From contig CAZIZK010000004.1 of the NCBI GenBank assembly GCA_964544225.1, positions 883-64,882 of the forward strand: a stretch of 64,000 nucleotides of DNA, in the 5' to 3' direction. The stretch comes from an uncultured Candidatus Saccharibacteria bacterium. GTDB taxonomy: Bacteria > Patescibacteriota > Minisyncoccia > Phycocordibacterales > UBA9973. The notes below the pieces were generated by a model that worked only from the letters and a program-made list of their open reading frames with translations, did not search any database and was not told the DNA's origin. A program made the position numbers and the translations under genes. Shown in pieces: positions 9,742-18,529 of this stretch; positions within the stretch are counted from its first letter, which is position 1, and every line of letters starts with the position of its first letter.

Positions 9742-10299
9742 TTATTGCGACAATGGTGGCAGATATGTGTCCAGGCCAAAAGTGCTAGTAAATATCTTCA
9801 CTATCCCCCATATAGATGTGATCACTACTAGTGCTATAAGGCCCCACATTATAAATTCTTTACCCTTCTTGCGGGCCTCCTCATTGGTCGGGTTCAGTAG
9901 TGTCTGTATTACTCCCCACATAAATGATACTATAGCAAGCGTTACAATAGCTGGTACTATGAATCCTGTGATAGTACATGTCACAAGGCTCACCACCTCG
10001 TTTACATTGCTCGATTTTAGGTTCGAACATAGTGGCATCTTTGCTACACTCAATGACTGCTGGCCTGGTTGCAATGTACCTGTACCATTAGGTGTGCCAT
10101 CCGCATTTAGAAGTGCAGTCCCATTTGCTTGCCCATCGGCATTTATAGTTCCATTCTTTTGAACCTGAGTTGCTGTACCACTGCGTATAGTCGATGGACC
10201 AGGAAGTATCAGGGCCTGTGCATCATACACAGGCAATACACAAGACCCTACAACTAATACGAGGGCAAGTGCTATAGAAAGTTTTTTGAAAGTTTTCAT
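9742..10299 (-). CDS. TrbC/VirB2-like pilin paralog 4 with signal peptide and Gly/Asn/Thr-rich repeat region
   Basis: MKTFKKLSIALALVLVVGSCV signal. NGTINADGQANGTALLNADGTPNGTG repeats. ...FMWGVIQTLLNPTNEEARKKGKEFIMWGLIALVVITSIWGIVKIF. Confidence 0.55.
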   Translation of the reverse strand: MKTFKKLSIALALVLVVGSCVLPVYDAQALILPGPSTIRSGTATQVQKNGTINADGQANGTALLNADGTPNGTGTLQPGQQSLSVAKMPLCSNLKSSNVNEVVSLVTCTITGFIVPAIVTLAIVSFMWGVIQTLLNPTNEEARKKGKEFIMWGLIALVVITSIWGIVKIFTSTFGLDTYLPPLSQ

Positions 10300-10300
10300 A

Positions 10301-10777
10301 TTATGCTGTGCGAGTTATCTCATCGACAGTACCTTTTATAGCATTGGCTATTACGAATGAACCTAGTAATAGTGCAGCCCCGATGAGTGTGTACATGAAC
10401 GCCTTCTTTGCTTTAGATATCGCCTCGGCATTACCCTGAGCCTTCACAAATAGGAATCCAGAGTAGATAATAGCAAGTACCACAATAGGCACACCTACAG
10501 TCAATACAATATTGAGTATAGCTTCAATAAATGCTGGAATGCTGTCGATACCACCTTTTAGAGGATTGTTGATCTTTGCATCAATAGATACACCATTACT
10601 TGTACCTGTTGTATTGCCACCAGAAGTCCCTGTTGTATTGCCACCAGAAGTCCCTGTTGTATGATTATTCCCTAATACAACAAACGGCATAGCTATTGCA
10701 AATACAATAGCAAATACAGATACGCATGAAGCGAGTTTATTTATAATAAAGTATTTCTTACCAGTGTTGATTTTCAT
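10301..10777 (-). CDS. TrbC/VirB2-like pilin paralog 5 with tandem TTGTSGGN repeats
   Basis: N-terminal TM, HTTGTSGGNTTGTSGGNTTGTSNG encoded by a 24-bp tandem DNA repeat. C-terminal two-helix module ...GVPIVVLAIIYSGFLFVKAQGNAEAISKAKKAFMYTLIGAALLLG. Confidence 0.5.
   Translation of the reverse strand: MKINTGKKYFIINKLASCVSVFAIVFAIAMPFVVLGNNHTTGTSGGNTTGTSGGNTTGTSNGVSIDAKINNPLKGGIDSIPAFIEAILNIVLTVGVPIVVLAIIYSGFLFVKAQGNAEAISKAKKAFMYTLIGAALLLGSFVIANAIKGTVDEITRTA
10605..10668. repeat. 24-bp tandem direct repeat (2.5 copies) inside pilin paralog 5
   Basis: cctgttgtattgccaccagaagtc repeated back-to-back, encoding GGNTTGTS units on the minus strand. Confidence 0.8.
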
Positions 10778-10812
10778 ATTATATATTGTACCTTATGCCC
10801 TAATAATTACAA

Positions 10813-12522
10813 CTAACCCAACAGGTCCATACCATTGAAGCCGAGGGTGGTTAGGATGGTCTTTATTATTAGCCATGCTGCTAACGCTATTATATAACCC
10901 ATAATCATGTTGCCTAGCATATGCTTTGCTTTTGAAGTCTTCTCCGAGCTACCACCAGATGTAAGGTACAAGAACCCAGCGTACACAAGCACGATAGCTG
11001 CCAATGGTGTAGCAAAGTATATAAGCATAAAGTCAATAATATTGTTCACCAACTCGATCAATTTATTAAAATCACAAGGGTTTGCAAAGTTGTCACTGAC
11101 AGTCTCTCCTTTGCTATTTACATAACTATTTAATCTACCAGTAACATTACAATCAGGAACAATACCACCCTTTGGTTTTGGTAGCGTTAGGTTCGCCCCA
11201 CTACCAGAACCGGTATTAGGTGCAGGTGTTGGGGTCACAGCACCTGCATCACGGATAGTTATCTTATCATTTGCAAATATTTTAAAATCTTCATTATTTA
11301 ATATATTTATTGTATAAGCACCTGGCGCAAAATCATTTGGTATATATACCTGCAGTTTCGTATCATTTACTATATCCCAATTCACCTCTGCTGGACCAAC
11401 AAAAACTTTCTTTACTGTATCCTTTGTAAACCCTGCTCCGTTAATATAGAAAGACACATCACCTCTTGCGCTCTTTGTAATATCACTCGGGTCAATAGAG
11501 TTAATAGTCATATTAGCTATCGTAATCTTCTTTGGTGATGCATACATTTTTCCATCTATATCTTCGATAGTTACGTCATATTCACCATTCTTGAAGTCTT
11601 TTGGTACTTTTACTGTTATCTCGGTTGGACTAACTAATGTATATGACACTATTATGTCACCGATAAATAAATTTTTTATCTTGCCAACCACAAACCCAAG
11701 ACCCTTTATAGTAATATTTGTATCCTTCAGTGGGTTCAGTGGAGTGACAGATTGTATGATCATATCCACAACACTTATCTCATCTTTCGCATAAATATCA
11801 AACAATCCATCTACCGATGTAATATGCAATGCGTAACTACCAGGCTTGATAACTAGTGGTATTTTGGCCTCTATTTGTTTATCGTTCAGTATGGTAAATG
11901 GTACCCCCACAGTATATAGGTATACATTCTTTACATTGTCTTTGGTAAAGCCAGATCCATTGATAATAAACTTACCACCCAGCTCCACCATGCTCGGAGC
12001 ACTTTCTATAGAAAAAGGTTTGTCATAAGTAAACAACTTAAATTTATCAGATTCAAAATAAAGTTTCTTTGTGACAGAACCCGTAATAAAAACTTTGACC
12101 AAGTTGCCTGATACATCTGGATCCGGAAAAGCTTTATAATAATCCTTCTTGTCTATATAACTTGGCAATTCTAAAACTAGGCTTGTTGCATTTGGAGTGT
12201 TTGTTGTAATACCTACAGAATTCTGCATCCAAACTTTCTTGCCTTCAGAATCATAAACAATAACATCAATACTCGTGTCTGTTGTACCGTTAGGTAATGT
12301 AAACTTACTAGAAGCATTGCTACCAGAAAAAGTAACTTCTACACCTACCGACATTTTATTATCTGTGGTTATTTTTGATTGATTTTTTACAACAACAGTA
12401 CCCGTTGCCCCGCTATACAGTATCCCATCGGCACGAACCATGAACCCGACAACAGAAACTATCGCAAGCGCAGATAGGAAGCTAACTATTCGAATACTGA
12501 AGATTTTCTTTAAAGTTTGCAT
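10813..12522 (-). CDS. large surface protein: signal peptide + repeated Ig-like (IPT/TIG-type) beta domains + Pro/Thr/Gly linker + C-terminal TrbC/VirB2-like pilin module
   Basis: Repeated ...ITIKGLGFVVGKIKN..., INGSGFTKDNVKNV, INGAGFTKDTVKKVFVGP segments. Linker AVTPTPAPNTGSGSGANLTLPKPKGG. C-terminal ...AAIVLVYAGFLYLTSGGSSEKTSKAKHMLGNMIMGYIIALAAWLIIK matches the paralog module. Confidence 0.5.
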   Translation of the reverse strand: MQTLKKIFSIRIVSFLSALAIVSVVGFMVRADGILYSGATGTVVVKNQSKITTDNKMSVGVEVTFSGSNASSKFTLPNGTTDTSIDVIVYDSEGKKVWMQNSVGITTNTPNATSLVLELPSYIDKKDYYKAFPDPDVSGNLVKVFITGSVTKKLYFESDKFKLFTYDKPFSIESAPSMVELGGKFIINGSGFTKDNVKNVYLYTVGVPFTILNDKQIEAKIPLVIKPGSYALHITSVDGLFDIYAKDEISVVDMIIQSVTPLNPLKDTNITIKGLGFVVGKIKNLFIGDIIVSYTLVSPTEITVKVPKDFKNGEYDVTIEDIDGKMYASPKKITIANMTINSIDPSDITKSARGDVSFYINGAGFTKDTVKKVFVGPAEVNWDIVNDTKLQVYIPNDFAPGAYTINILNNEDFKIFANDKITIRDAGAVTPTPAPNTGSGSGANLTLPKPKGGIVPDCNVTGRLNSYVNSKGETVSDNFANPCDFNKLIELVNNIIDFMLIYFATPLAAIVLVYAGFLYLTSGGSSEKTSKAKHMLGNMIMGYIIALAAWLIIKTILTTLGFNGMDLLG

Positions 12523-12523
12523 A

Positions 12524-13825
12524 TTATTTACCTAACAATATTTCTAATTGACCTTGGGCTTTTGATATTGCATCACTCATAGATAACTTGTTCGATAGGA
12601 CATTTTGTATTAACTCACCAAATATAGAGTTAGTAAGTCTTGCGTCTGGATCCAGGAATGATCGGGTAACAATAGCCGAATTATAAAATGTACTTAGGTA
12701 TGGGTCAGCAGGCTTCGCAGACAGTAGTGCACGTGTTGCAGGTGGTAGTGATAGTGCGTTGGCTACAGGCTGTGCATTTATTCCAGATGACATGAGTCCT
12801 GCTACTCCAAATGCAGCTGTTGCATTTGTGGATTTATTGTTTACAGCCAGGGCGTATATATTGCCATAAGTCCTCTTTAGATTAGAGTTCTTTGTTTGGA
12901 ATATGTCGTGCACGTCAAAGCTCAGGTTCGGATTGATAGATTCGATACCGAACAATTCAGATGCAAATCCTAGGTAGAAGGCAGATCCCCCACCAGTAAA
13001 GAAATCTTTGGAATTCAGTAACCCCCTGTTCCATGAATACGATCCCGATGTTGGGTCAGAAAAGTCGGTATAGTATGACAATACTTGCTCAGTCGGGCGC
13101 ACAGGTGAAGTACTGACACTTACCAGAGTCGGAACAACTTTATCACCGGATCGTATGGTGATAGGTGTACCACTTTGCATAAGTAGTGTAGCCAGTATCC
13201 CCTTTGCATTGTTGATATTGTCATATGATCCGAGTGCTATCATGCTCTGACTGAGAGTTCCGTCTACCTTCTTGATAGTTAAAGATTTGTTTAGGTCAGA
13301 CAACTCATCCCAGAATGTTGGGACTTGGGCAATACCGGCATTGGAAAGTAAGTTCTTGTTGTAGTACAGGACCATAGGGTCGATAACGACAGGCATAGCT
13401 ATCACACCCAGATTCCCTAGGTATATATCTGCCCCATCTATAAATGTGTCACGAAATGCCTTCTCTGGGTAACTTGCGTATGGCATTTGATATATAAAGT
13501 TCTTGTTCTTTAGTATCATATCGGGTGTTATAAAGAACAAGTCTGGTCCTGTACCTGAGGCAAATGCTGTTACCAATTCCTCCTGATAATTTTCAGGAGA
13601 CTTCTTCATATAAGTTACTGTCAGGTTCTTGTTGGTAGAGTTCATGTCGTCGAAAACCTTTTGGAACTCAGAACTATTGAAAGTTCCCCAGACTACCACT
13701 TTGCCCTGTGGAGTATTGGCAGTGTTACTGGACTTACCAATAGGTAATATGCCCGAGAATATGAGTACAGCAAAAACAAAGAATGCTAGAAATATAGATA
13801 GAAGAATTGTTTGAAAGTTATTCAT
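12524..13825 (-). CDS. membrane-anchored extracellular solute-binding-protein-like protein (ABC SBP family 1 fold)
   Basis: N-terminal signal anchor, VVVWGTF, QEELVTAFASGTGPDLFFI, VIAMPVVIDPMVLYYNKNLL, VPTFWDEL. Stops 2 bp before the next gene. Confidence 0.5.
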   Translation of the reverse strand: MNNFQTILLSIFLAFFVFAVLIFSGILPIGKSSNTANTPQGKVVVWGTFNSSEFQKVFDDMNSTNKNLTVTYMKKSPENYQEELVTAFASGTGPDLFFITPDMILKNKNFIYQMPYASYPEKAFRDTFIDGADIYLGNLGVIAMPVVIDPMVLYYNKNLLSNAGIAQVPTFWDELSDLNKSLTIKKVDGTLSQSMIALGSYDNINNAKGILATLLMQSGTPITIRSGDKVVPTLVSVSTSPVRPTEQVLSYYTDFSDPTSGSYSWNRGLLNSKDFFTGGGSAFYLGFASELFGIESINPNLSFDVHDIFQTKNSNLKRTYGNIYALAVNNKSTNATAAFGVAGLMSSGINAQPVANALSLPPATRALLSAKPADPYLSTFYNSAIVTRSFLDPDARLTNSIFGELIQNVLSNKLSMSDAISKAQGQLEILLGK

Positions 13826-13828
13826 AAA

Positions 13829-14353
13829 TTATTTGTATAACAATATTATACCATAATGATGCGCGCCTGCATCCACATCGTTCACATATTCATAGCCTTT
13901 TGACTTGAATAGGTCTGATACATAGTCCTTTGTAACGATAGACTTCTTCGCAGGACCCATATTGTTGTACGATTCGGACCAGTCCACTACACATACCTTG
14001 CCACCCTTCTTCAATATTCTTGTAATTTCTTTTATAAAAATATCTTTGTGTTCCACTTGGAAAAGTATATTACAAGCAAGGACCATATCGATACTATGGT
14101 CAGCGAGTTTGGTTCCACCATATACCTCTACATCACCTCGGATGTATTCAATATTTGTAAGTTTCCTTTTGTGAGCTTCGTCTTTGATACGGCCTAGCAT
14201 GCCGTCTTGAACCTCGACAGCATATACATGGCCACTGTGTACACGCGGTGCGATAGCTGTCGTATACAGGCCTATACCTGCGCCCAAATCTGCTACCTTC
14301 ATATGAGGTTCGAGCGGTAACTGCGCAACGATACGTTGTGGGTCAATAAACAT
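13829..14353 (-). CDS. class I SAM-dependent methyltransferase
   Basis: VADLGAGIGLYT motif I, 174 aa; 4-bp gap to the SBP-like gene. Confidence 0.7.
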   Translation of the reverse strand: MFIDPQRIVAQLPLEPHMKVADLGAGIGLYTTAIAPRVHSGHVYAVEVQDGMLGRIKDEAHKRKLTNIEYIRGDVEVYGGTKLADHSIDMVLACNILFQVEHKDIFIKEITRILKKGGKVCVVDWSESYNNMGPAKKSIVTKDYVSDLFKSKGYEYVNDVDAGAHHYGIILLYK

Positions 14354-14375
14354 ATTTTAATTATAACATTTAAAA

Positions 14376-14412
14376 ATAAAAAATGTAGTATCGAGTACTA
14401 CATTTTTTATTT
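14376..14412. terminator. bidirectional terminator between gyrA and methyltransferase
   Basis: aaaaATGTAGTAtcgagTACTACATtttttatttt perfect 12-bp stem. Confidence 0.65.
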
Positions 14413-14419
14413 TATTTTT

Positions 14420-16885
14420 TTATAAACAAGTAATTGATGCGATAGAGTCACCAGGGCGCAACTTCATGATAGTTACACCTTGAGTCTGGCGACCAGATGT
14501 AGGGATAGATTTCAGATCAACACGAATGACCTGACCCTTTTGTGATACGGCAATGATCTCGTTCTCGTCACCTACTATCTTTGCCACGATCAATTTACCA
14601 GTCTTTGGTGTTACCTTTGCAGTCTTGATACCTGAGCCTCCACGCTTCTGGACTTTGTATTCCTTTATACCAGTCTTCTTACCGAGGCCTTGTGATCCGA
14701 GTATTAGGAATGCCTTTTCATTGTCGCCTTTTGCTATCCTGTCTACACCTATAACTGTATCAGCTTTTGACAATTTGATAGCGCGTACTCCACCTGCAGA
14801 GCGACCCATCTCGCGAACGTCGTTCTCCTTGAAGCGGATAGATTGTCCAGACGCTGTTGCAAGCATTACATCGTCACCCTTTGTTATTGGTAGTACTGCT
14901 TGGAGTTCGTCACCTTTGTCGAGCTTGATAGCTATCAATCCACTTCGGCGTACGTCCTTGAATGATTCGGCGGCCACCTTCTTTGCTACACCTTGGGCTG
15001 TTACAAGCATTAGGCTCTCTACACTCTTCTTTGTCTCTTTATCTATTGGCAATATTGAAGTCACCTTTTCATCACCTTCCAGCGATATAAAGTTCATGAT
15101 AGATTTACCTTTTGTAGCACGCTTGCCTTCGGGGATCTCATACATCTTGATCTGGTACGCCTTGCCACGGTTTGTAAAGAATAGTAGGTCACTATGAGTA
15201 TTGGCATTTAGAAGCATTGTTACAAAGTCCTCTTCTTTTGGTTCGATATCTATCACACCTACACCACCACGCTTCTGAGTGCGGTATTCACTTGGGTCTG
15301 TACGCTTTACGTATCCACCGGCTGTGTATACAAGTACTGATTCCTTCTCGGGTATTAGGTCCTCTTCATTGATAGCTTTTACACCACCCTTTACCACACG
15401 AGTACGACGATCGTCACCATACTTCTCTTTTATTTCGCCCAATTCTTTTGAGATAACTTTCATCATTAATTTTGCACTTGCAAGCAATGCTTCGAGTTCC
15501 TTTATCAATTCTTGCTTCTCCTTTAGTTCAAGCTCTACGTTCTTACGTTCCAAACCTGCCAACTTTTGCAAACGCATTTCCAATATTGCAGTTGCTTGCA
15601 AGTCAGAGAACTTGAACTCTTTCATCAAGTTGAGTTTTGCACCAGCTGTGTCCTTTGAAGCACGAATAACCGAGATAACTTTATCAATATGGTCCAGTGC
15701 CTTCTTCAAACCTAGCAATATATGTTCACGGTCCTTCGCCTTCTGCAAGTCGAACTGTGTTCGGCGCTTTACCACCTCTTGCCTGTGGCCGATGAATTCG
15801 GAAAGCATGCTCTTTAGTGAAAGTGTCTGTGGTACTCCCTCTACAAGTGCCACTATGTTGAAGTGGAATGTAGATTCAAGCTGTGTATGTTTGTATATAT
15901 AGTTCAGTACCTTTTGTGGGTGAACACCACTCTTCAGATCAATAGCGATGCGAATATCCTTTGCAGATTCATCACGCAAGCCTTTTACACCTTCGAGCTT
16001 CTTCTCTTGCACAAGTGCTGCAATAGATTCGATAAGAGTAGATTTATTTACACGGTATGGGATAGATGTGATTATGATCTGGAACAATCCGGACTTTAGC
16101 TCGACTATCTCGGCCTCACCACGTGTTACCACACCTCCACGGCCTGTAGAGTATGCATGCACTAGATCTGCCTGACCATATAATACTCCACCCATTGGGA
16201 AGTCTGGGCCCTTTATGTATTGCATTAGGTCCTCGGTAGTTGCGTCTTTGTTGTCTATTAGGTGGATGGTAGCGTCTATAACTTCAGTCAGGTTGTGTGG
16301 CGGAATATTGGTTGCCATACCTACGGCAATACCAAGAGTTCCATTGAGTAATAGACTTGGAACAGCTGTTGGTAATACCGCTGGTTCTTTGCGAGTTTGG
16401 TCATAGTTGGCACGGAAGTCTACTGTCTCCTTTTCCAAATCACGCAATATCTCGGCTGATATACGAGCCATCTTTGCCTCGGTATAACGCATAGCCGCTG
16501 CACCATCACCGTCGATAGATCCAAAGTTACCTTGGCCAAATATTAGTGGGTAACGATAAGAAAAGTCTTGGGCCATACCTACCATAGCATCGTACACAGA
16601 AGCGTCACCGTGCGGGTGGTATTTACCGAGCACGTCTCCAACTACTGCCGCACTCTTACGGAAACGGCCACCATGTGTCAGACCCATCTCGTGCATGGCG
16701 TACAATATACGTCGGTGCACAGGCTTCAAACCATCGCGTACATCTGGCAATGCACGTGAAGTGATCACACTCATCGCATAGTCTAGATACGCCTCTTTCA
16801 TTTCTGTCGAGATATTTACTGATATTACATCTTGCCTTGGGATATTTTCCTCTGGTTCTTGAATAACTTGTTTTGTTTTTGCCAT
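14420..16885 (-). CDS. gyrA: DNA gyrase subunit A
   Basis: [58 protein letters not shown]-terminal beta-pinwheel repeats; 821 aa. Confidence 0.95.
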   Translation of the reverse strand: MAKTKQVIQEPEENIPRQDVISVNISTEMKEAYLDYAMSVITSRALPDVRDGLKPVHRRILYAMHEMGLTHGGRFRKSAAVVGDVLGKYHPHGDASVYDAMVGMAQDFSYRYPLIFGQGNFGSIDGDGAAAMRYTEAKMARISAEILRDLEKETVDFRANYDQTRKEPAVLPTAVPSLLLNGTLGIAVGMATNIPPHNLTEVIDATIHLIDNKDATTEDLMQYIKGPDFPMGGVLYGQADLVHAYSTGRGGVVTRGEAEIVELKSGLFQIIITSIPYRVNKSTLIESIAALVQEKKLEGVKGLRDESAKDIRIAIDLKSGVHPQKVLNYIYKHTQLESTFHFNIVALVEGVPQTLSLKSMLSEFIGHRQEVVKRRTQFDLQKAKDREHILLGLKKALDHIDKVISVIRASKDTAGAKLNLMKEFKFSDLQATAILEMRLQKLAGLERKNVELELKEKQELIKELEALLASAKLMMKVISKELGEIKEKYGDDRRTRVVKGGVKAINEEDLIPEKESVLVYTAGGYVKRTDPSEYRTQKRGGVGVIDIEPKEEDFVTMLLNANTHSDLLFFTNRGKAYQIKMYEIPEGKRATKGKSIMNFISLEGDEKVTSILPIDKETKKSVESLMLVTAQGVAKKVAAESFKDVRRSGLIAIKLDKGDELQAVLPITKGDDVMLATASGQSIRFKENDVREMGRSAGGVRAIKLSKADTVIGVDRIAKGDNEKAFLILGSQGLGKKTGIKEYKVQKRGGSGIKTAKVTPKTGKLIVAKIVGDENEIIAVSQKGQVIRVDLKSIPTSGRQTQGVTIMKLRPGDSIASITCL

Positions 16886-16886
16886 A

Positions 16887-17216
16887 TTATTGTGTCTTTT
16901 CTACTGGTATAAGATCGATAACTTTGTCTGGTGTTGGTGTTACTATATTTGATTCATCTGTCGTGGTCTTACCTAAAGATGCATTACCGATACTTGCAGA
17001 AATATTGGAATACGTATTAGATAAACTCTTACCTAGAAGTGAAAAAGGTTTAATGTCTTCTTTTGCTTGTACAGATACTTTTGAATCGAATCTTTCTGAC
17101 ATTGAATATATCCAGATACTACCTACTACTGCCATCGATACTATAGTCCACAGCATTGCGTATTGTTTACGCTCCTGCTCTGGCTTTGATCTGATTTTTT
17201 GAATATATTGCTTCAT
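16887..17216 (-). CDS. hypothetical small membrane protein (coupled to gyrA start)
   Basis: [37 protein letters not shown]... one TM. Stop abuts gyrA ATG. Confidence 0.4.
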   Translation of the reverse strand: MKQYIQKIRSKPEQERKQYAMLWTIVSMAVVGSIWIYSMSERFDSKVSVQAKEDIKPFSLLGKSLSNTYSNISASIGNASLGKTTTDESNIVTPTPDKVIDLIPVEKTQ

Positions 17217-17223
17217 ATTTGTA

Positions 17224-17841
17224 TTATGATTGTAGCACAACTATCTCACCTTCACGACCTACTAATTCTTTTGCTTTTATTGTTAGCTTCTCGATTGCCT
17301 TTACATCCTGGCCTCCTTCCTTTAGGAAAGCTTTCAATAATTTATCGTCGTAGTCCATAGGGATGATCAATTTAGCATCAAGTGTCACTGCCAATTTATA
17401 TGCCTCAGCAGGACCGATAGTACCTGCCTCACCGATCGGTACGAATACGATATCGGGTGTTTCGATCTTCTCGATTGTCTCGGCTGTTAATTTTGGGTTC
17501 GTGATAGGGCCCAGGAAGCAGATAGATATACCTTCGATAGCAAGTGAATAAACGGTATTGATATATTTCTTGCCACCGAGTTCAGCCTCGGTCATAACAC
17601 CTTTTATAAATATGTCTTGGACTTCATAATCCCCTGGGCCTGATATCTCAAGTGGCACAGTGTCACCATGTGACACATTTTCAAAGCCATTATAATCTGG
17701 GTGGTTTGTTGTCGATAGTGCAATGCGTGCGCCAAAGCGTGATTGCTTCTCTTTTGAGTCTTTACTAATAGGGTTGCAGGCTACAACCAGTTCGCCTTGT
17801 TGGATCTTGAAAAATTCTTTTCCGAGGTATGTGATAATCAT
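17224..17841 (-). CDS. metal-dependent hydrolase, MBL fold (UPF0173-like)
   Basis: MIITYLGKEFFKIQ... HGD, ...IPMDYDD. The longer track ORF (to 17919) reads through a hairpin/terminator and is probably an extension. Confidence 0.55.
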   Translation of the reverse strand: MIITYLGKEFFKIQQGELVVACNPISKDSKEKQSRFGARIALSTTNHPDYNGFENVSHGDTVPLEISGPGDYEVQDIFIKGVMTEAELGGKKYINTVYSLAIEGISICFLGPITNPKLTAETIEKIETPDIVFVPIGEAGTIGPAEAYKLAVTLDAKLIIPMDYDDKLLKAFLKEGGQDVKAIEKLTIKAKELVGREGEIVVLQS

Positions 17842-17868
17842 GGGGGTATTATACCAAATATCGTATAA

Positions 17869-17916
17869 ATAAAAAAGCACCCTTACTACGACCTGGCAGG
17901 AAGTAGGGGGTGCTTT
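17869..17916 (-). terminator. rho-independent terminator (minus strand) after the 17975..18286 gene
   Basis: On minus strand: gaaAGCACCCcc...(24-nt loop)...GGGTGCTttttt. Confidence 0.5.
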
Positions 17917-17974
17917 CAAAAATTACGCTCCACTTGCAGGCAAATGCAAACCGGAGGGTGTGGAACGTAAGGTC

Positions 17975-18286
17975 TTAGGCGTGGGCCGAATTTTTTTCAA
18001 AAAATTGCTTTACAGTAATTTCTTCCGAGGTGATCTCTTCTGAAATTTGTTGTGGTTTTTCTATACCATACTTTATCCTTAGTCCATATACTAAAGATTG
18101 GTATTTTAAAACCTCATTTGTAACTTCAGAAAGTTCGTCTTCTTCCGAGATTTCTCTCTTCATTAGTCTTTCTTCCGCCAACTCAGTAGCAATTCTGATT
18201 TTTTTAATTGCTTTTTCTTGCAATTCACGAAATTCAATTTCGTAAGTAAGTTCTGGTGCTGATGCACTAATTCCATTTTGTGTCAT
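17975..18286 (-). CDS. hypothetical coiled-coil protein
   Basis: 103 aa, Glu/Lys-rich, heptad-like. No known motif. Confidence 0.35.
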   Translation of the reverse strand: MTQNGISASAPELTYEIEFRELQEKAIKKIRIATELAEERLMKREISEEDELSEVTNEVLKYQSLVYGLRIKYGIEKPQQISEEITSEEITVKQFFEKNSAHA

Positions 18287-18374
18287 ACTTCAATGTATTT
18301 AATTTTGCCAAATTATACTCCCGTACATATCAAAAGTCAATACTGGGCCATATATATGTGGATAAGTCAAAATA

Positions 18375-18403
18375 TTGCAAAATATACATATATATAGTAT
18401 AGT
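18375..18403 (+). promoter_or_regulatory. candidate promoter TTGCAA-17-TATAGT for rpsA
   Basis: attTTGCAAaatatacatatatatagTATAGTaacg, about 125 nt upstream of the rpsA ATG. Confidence 0.35.
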
Positions 18404-18472
18404 AACGACATTATTAGCAGATCGGCGTGAGGATAGCCCTGTAAAAGAAATCCATTTTATAGAACCCACCCC

Positions 18473-18520
18473 GTACCGCTTCCCTTTCCATTTGGATAGG
18501 TTAATAAGCGGTTTTTTTAT
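18473..18520 (+). promoter_or_regulatory. leader hairpin + U-run (terminator-like) 10 nt upstream of rpsA start; possible attenuator
   Basis: tACCGCTTccctttccatttggataggttaatAAGCGGTttttttat. Confidence 0.35.
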
Positions 18521-18529
18521 TGCAAAATT

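Noticed and set aside
14553-16759. Several plus-strand ORFs (63-214 aa) overlapping gyrA
   Set aside because: Antisense, Ser/Phe-rich artefacts inside a well-supported 821-aa gyrA. The same reasoning applies to plus-strand ORFs inside the P-type ATPase (27324-29882), guaB (40654-41616), pepN/dnaE/secA internal ORFs and the His-rich ORFs inside the Fn3 genes.
17869-17975. Possible SRP/4.5S-like RNA (CUGGCAGGAAGUAGGG resembles the SRP domain IV GGAAGCAG region)
   Set aside because: The similarity is a short partial match. The structure is fully explained as a minus-strand intrinsic terminator (stem AGCACCC/GGGTGCT plus U-run) after the upstream gene. The apical GNRA loop and 3' strand of SRP domain IV are missing.
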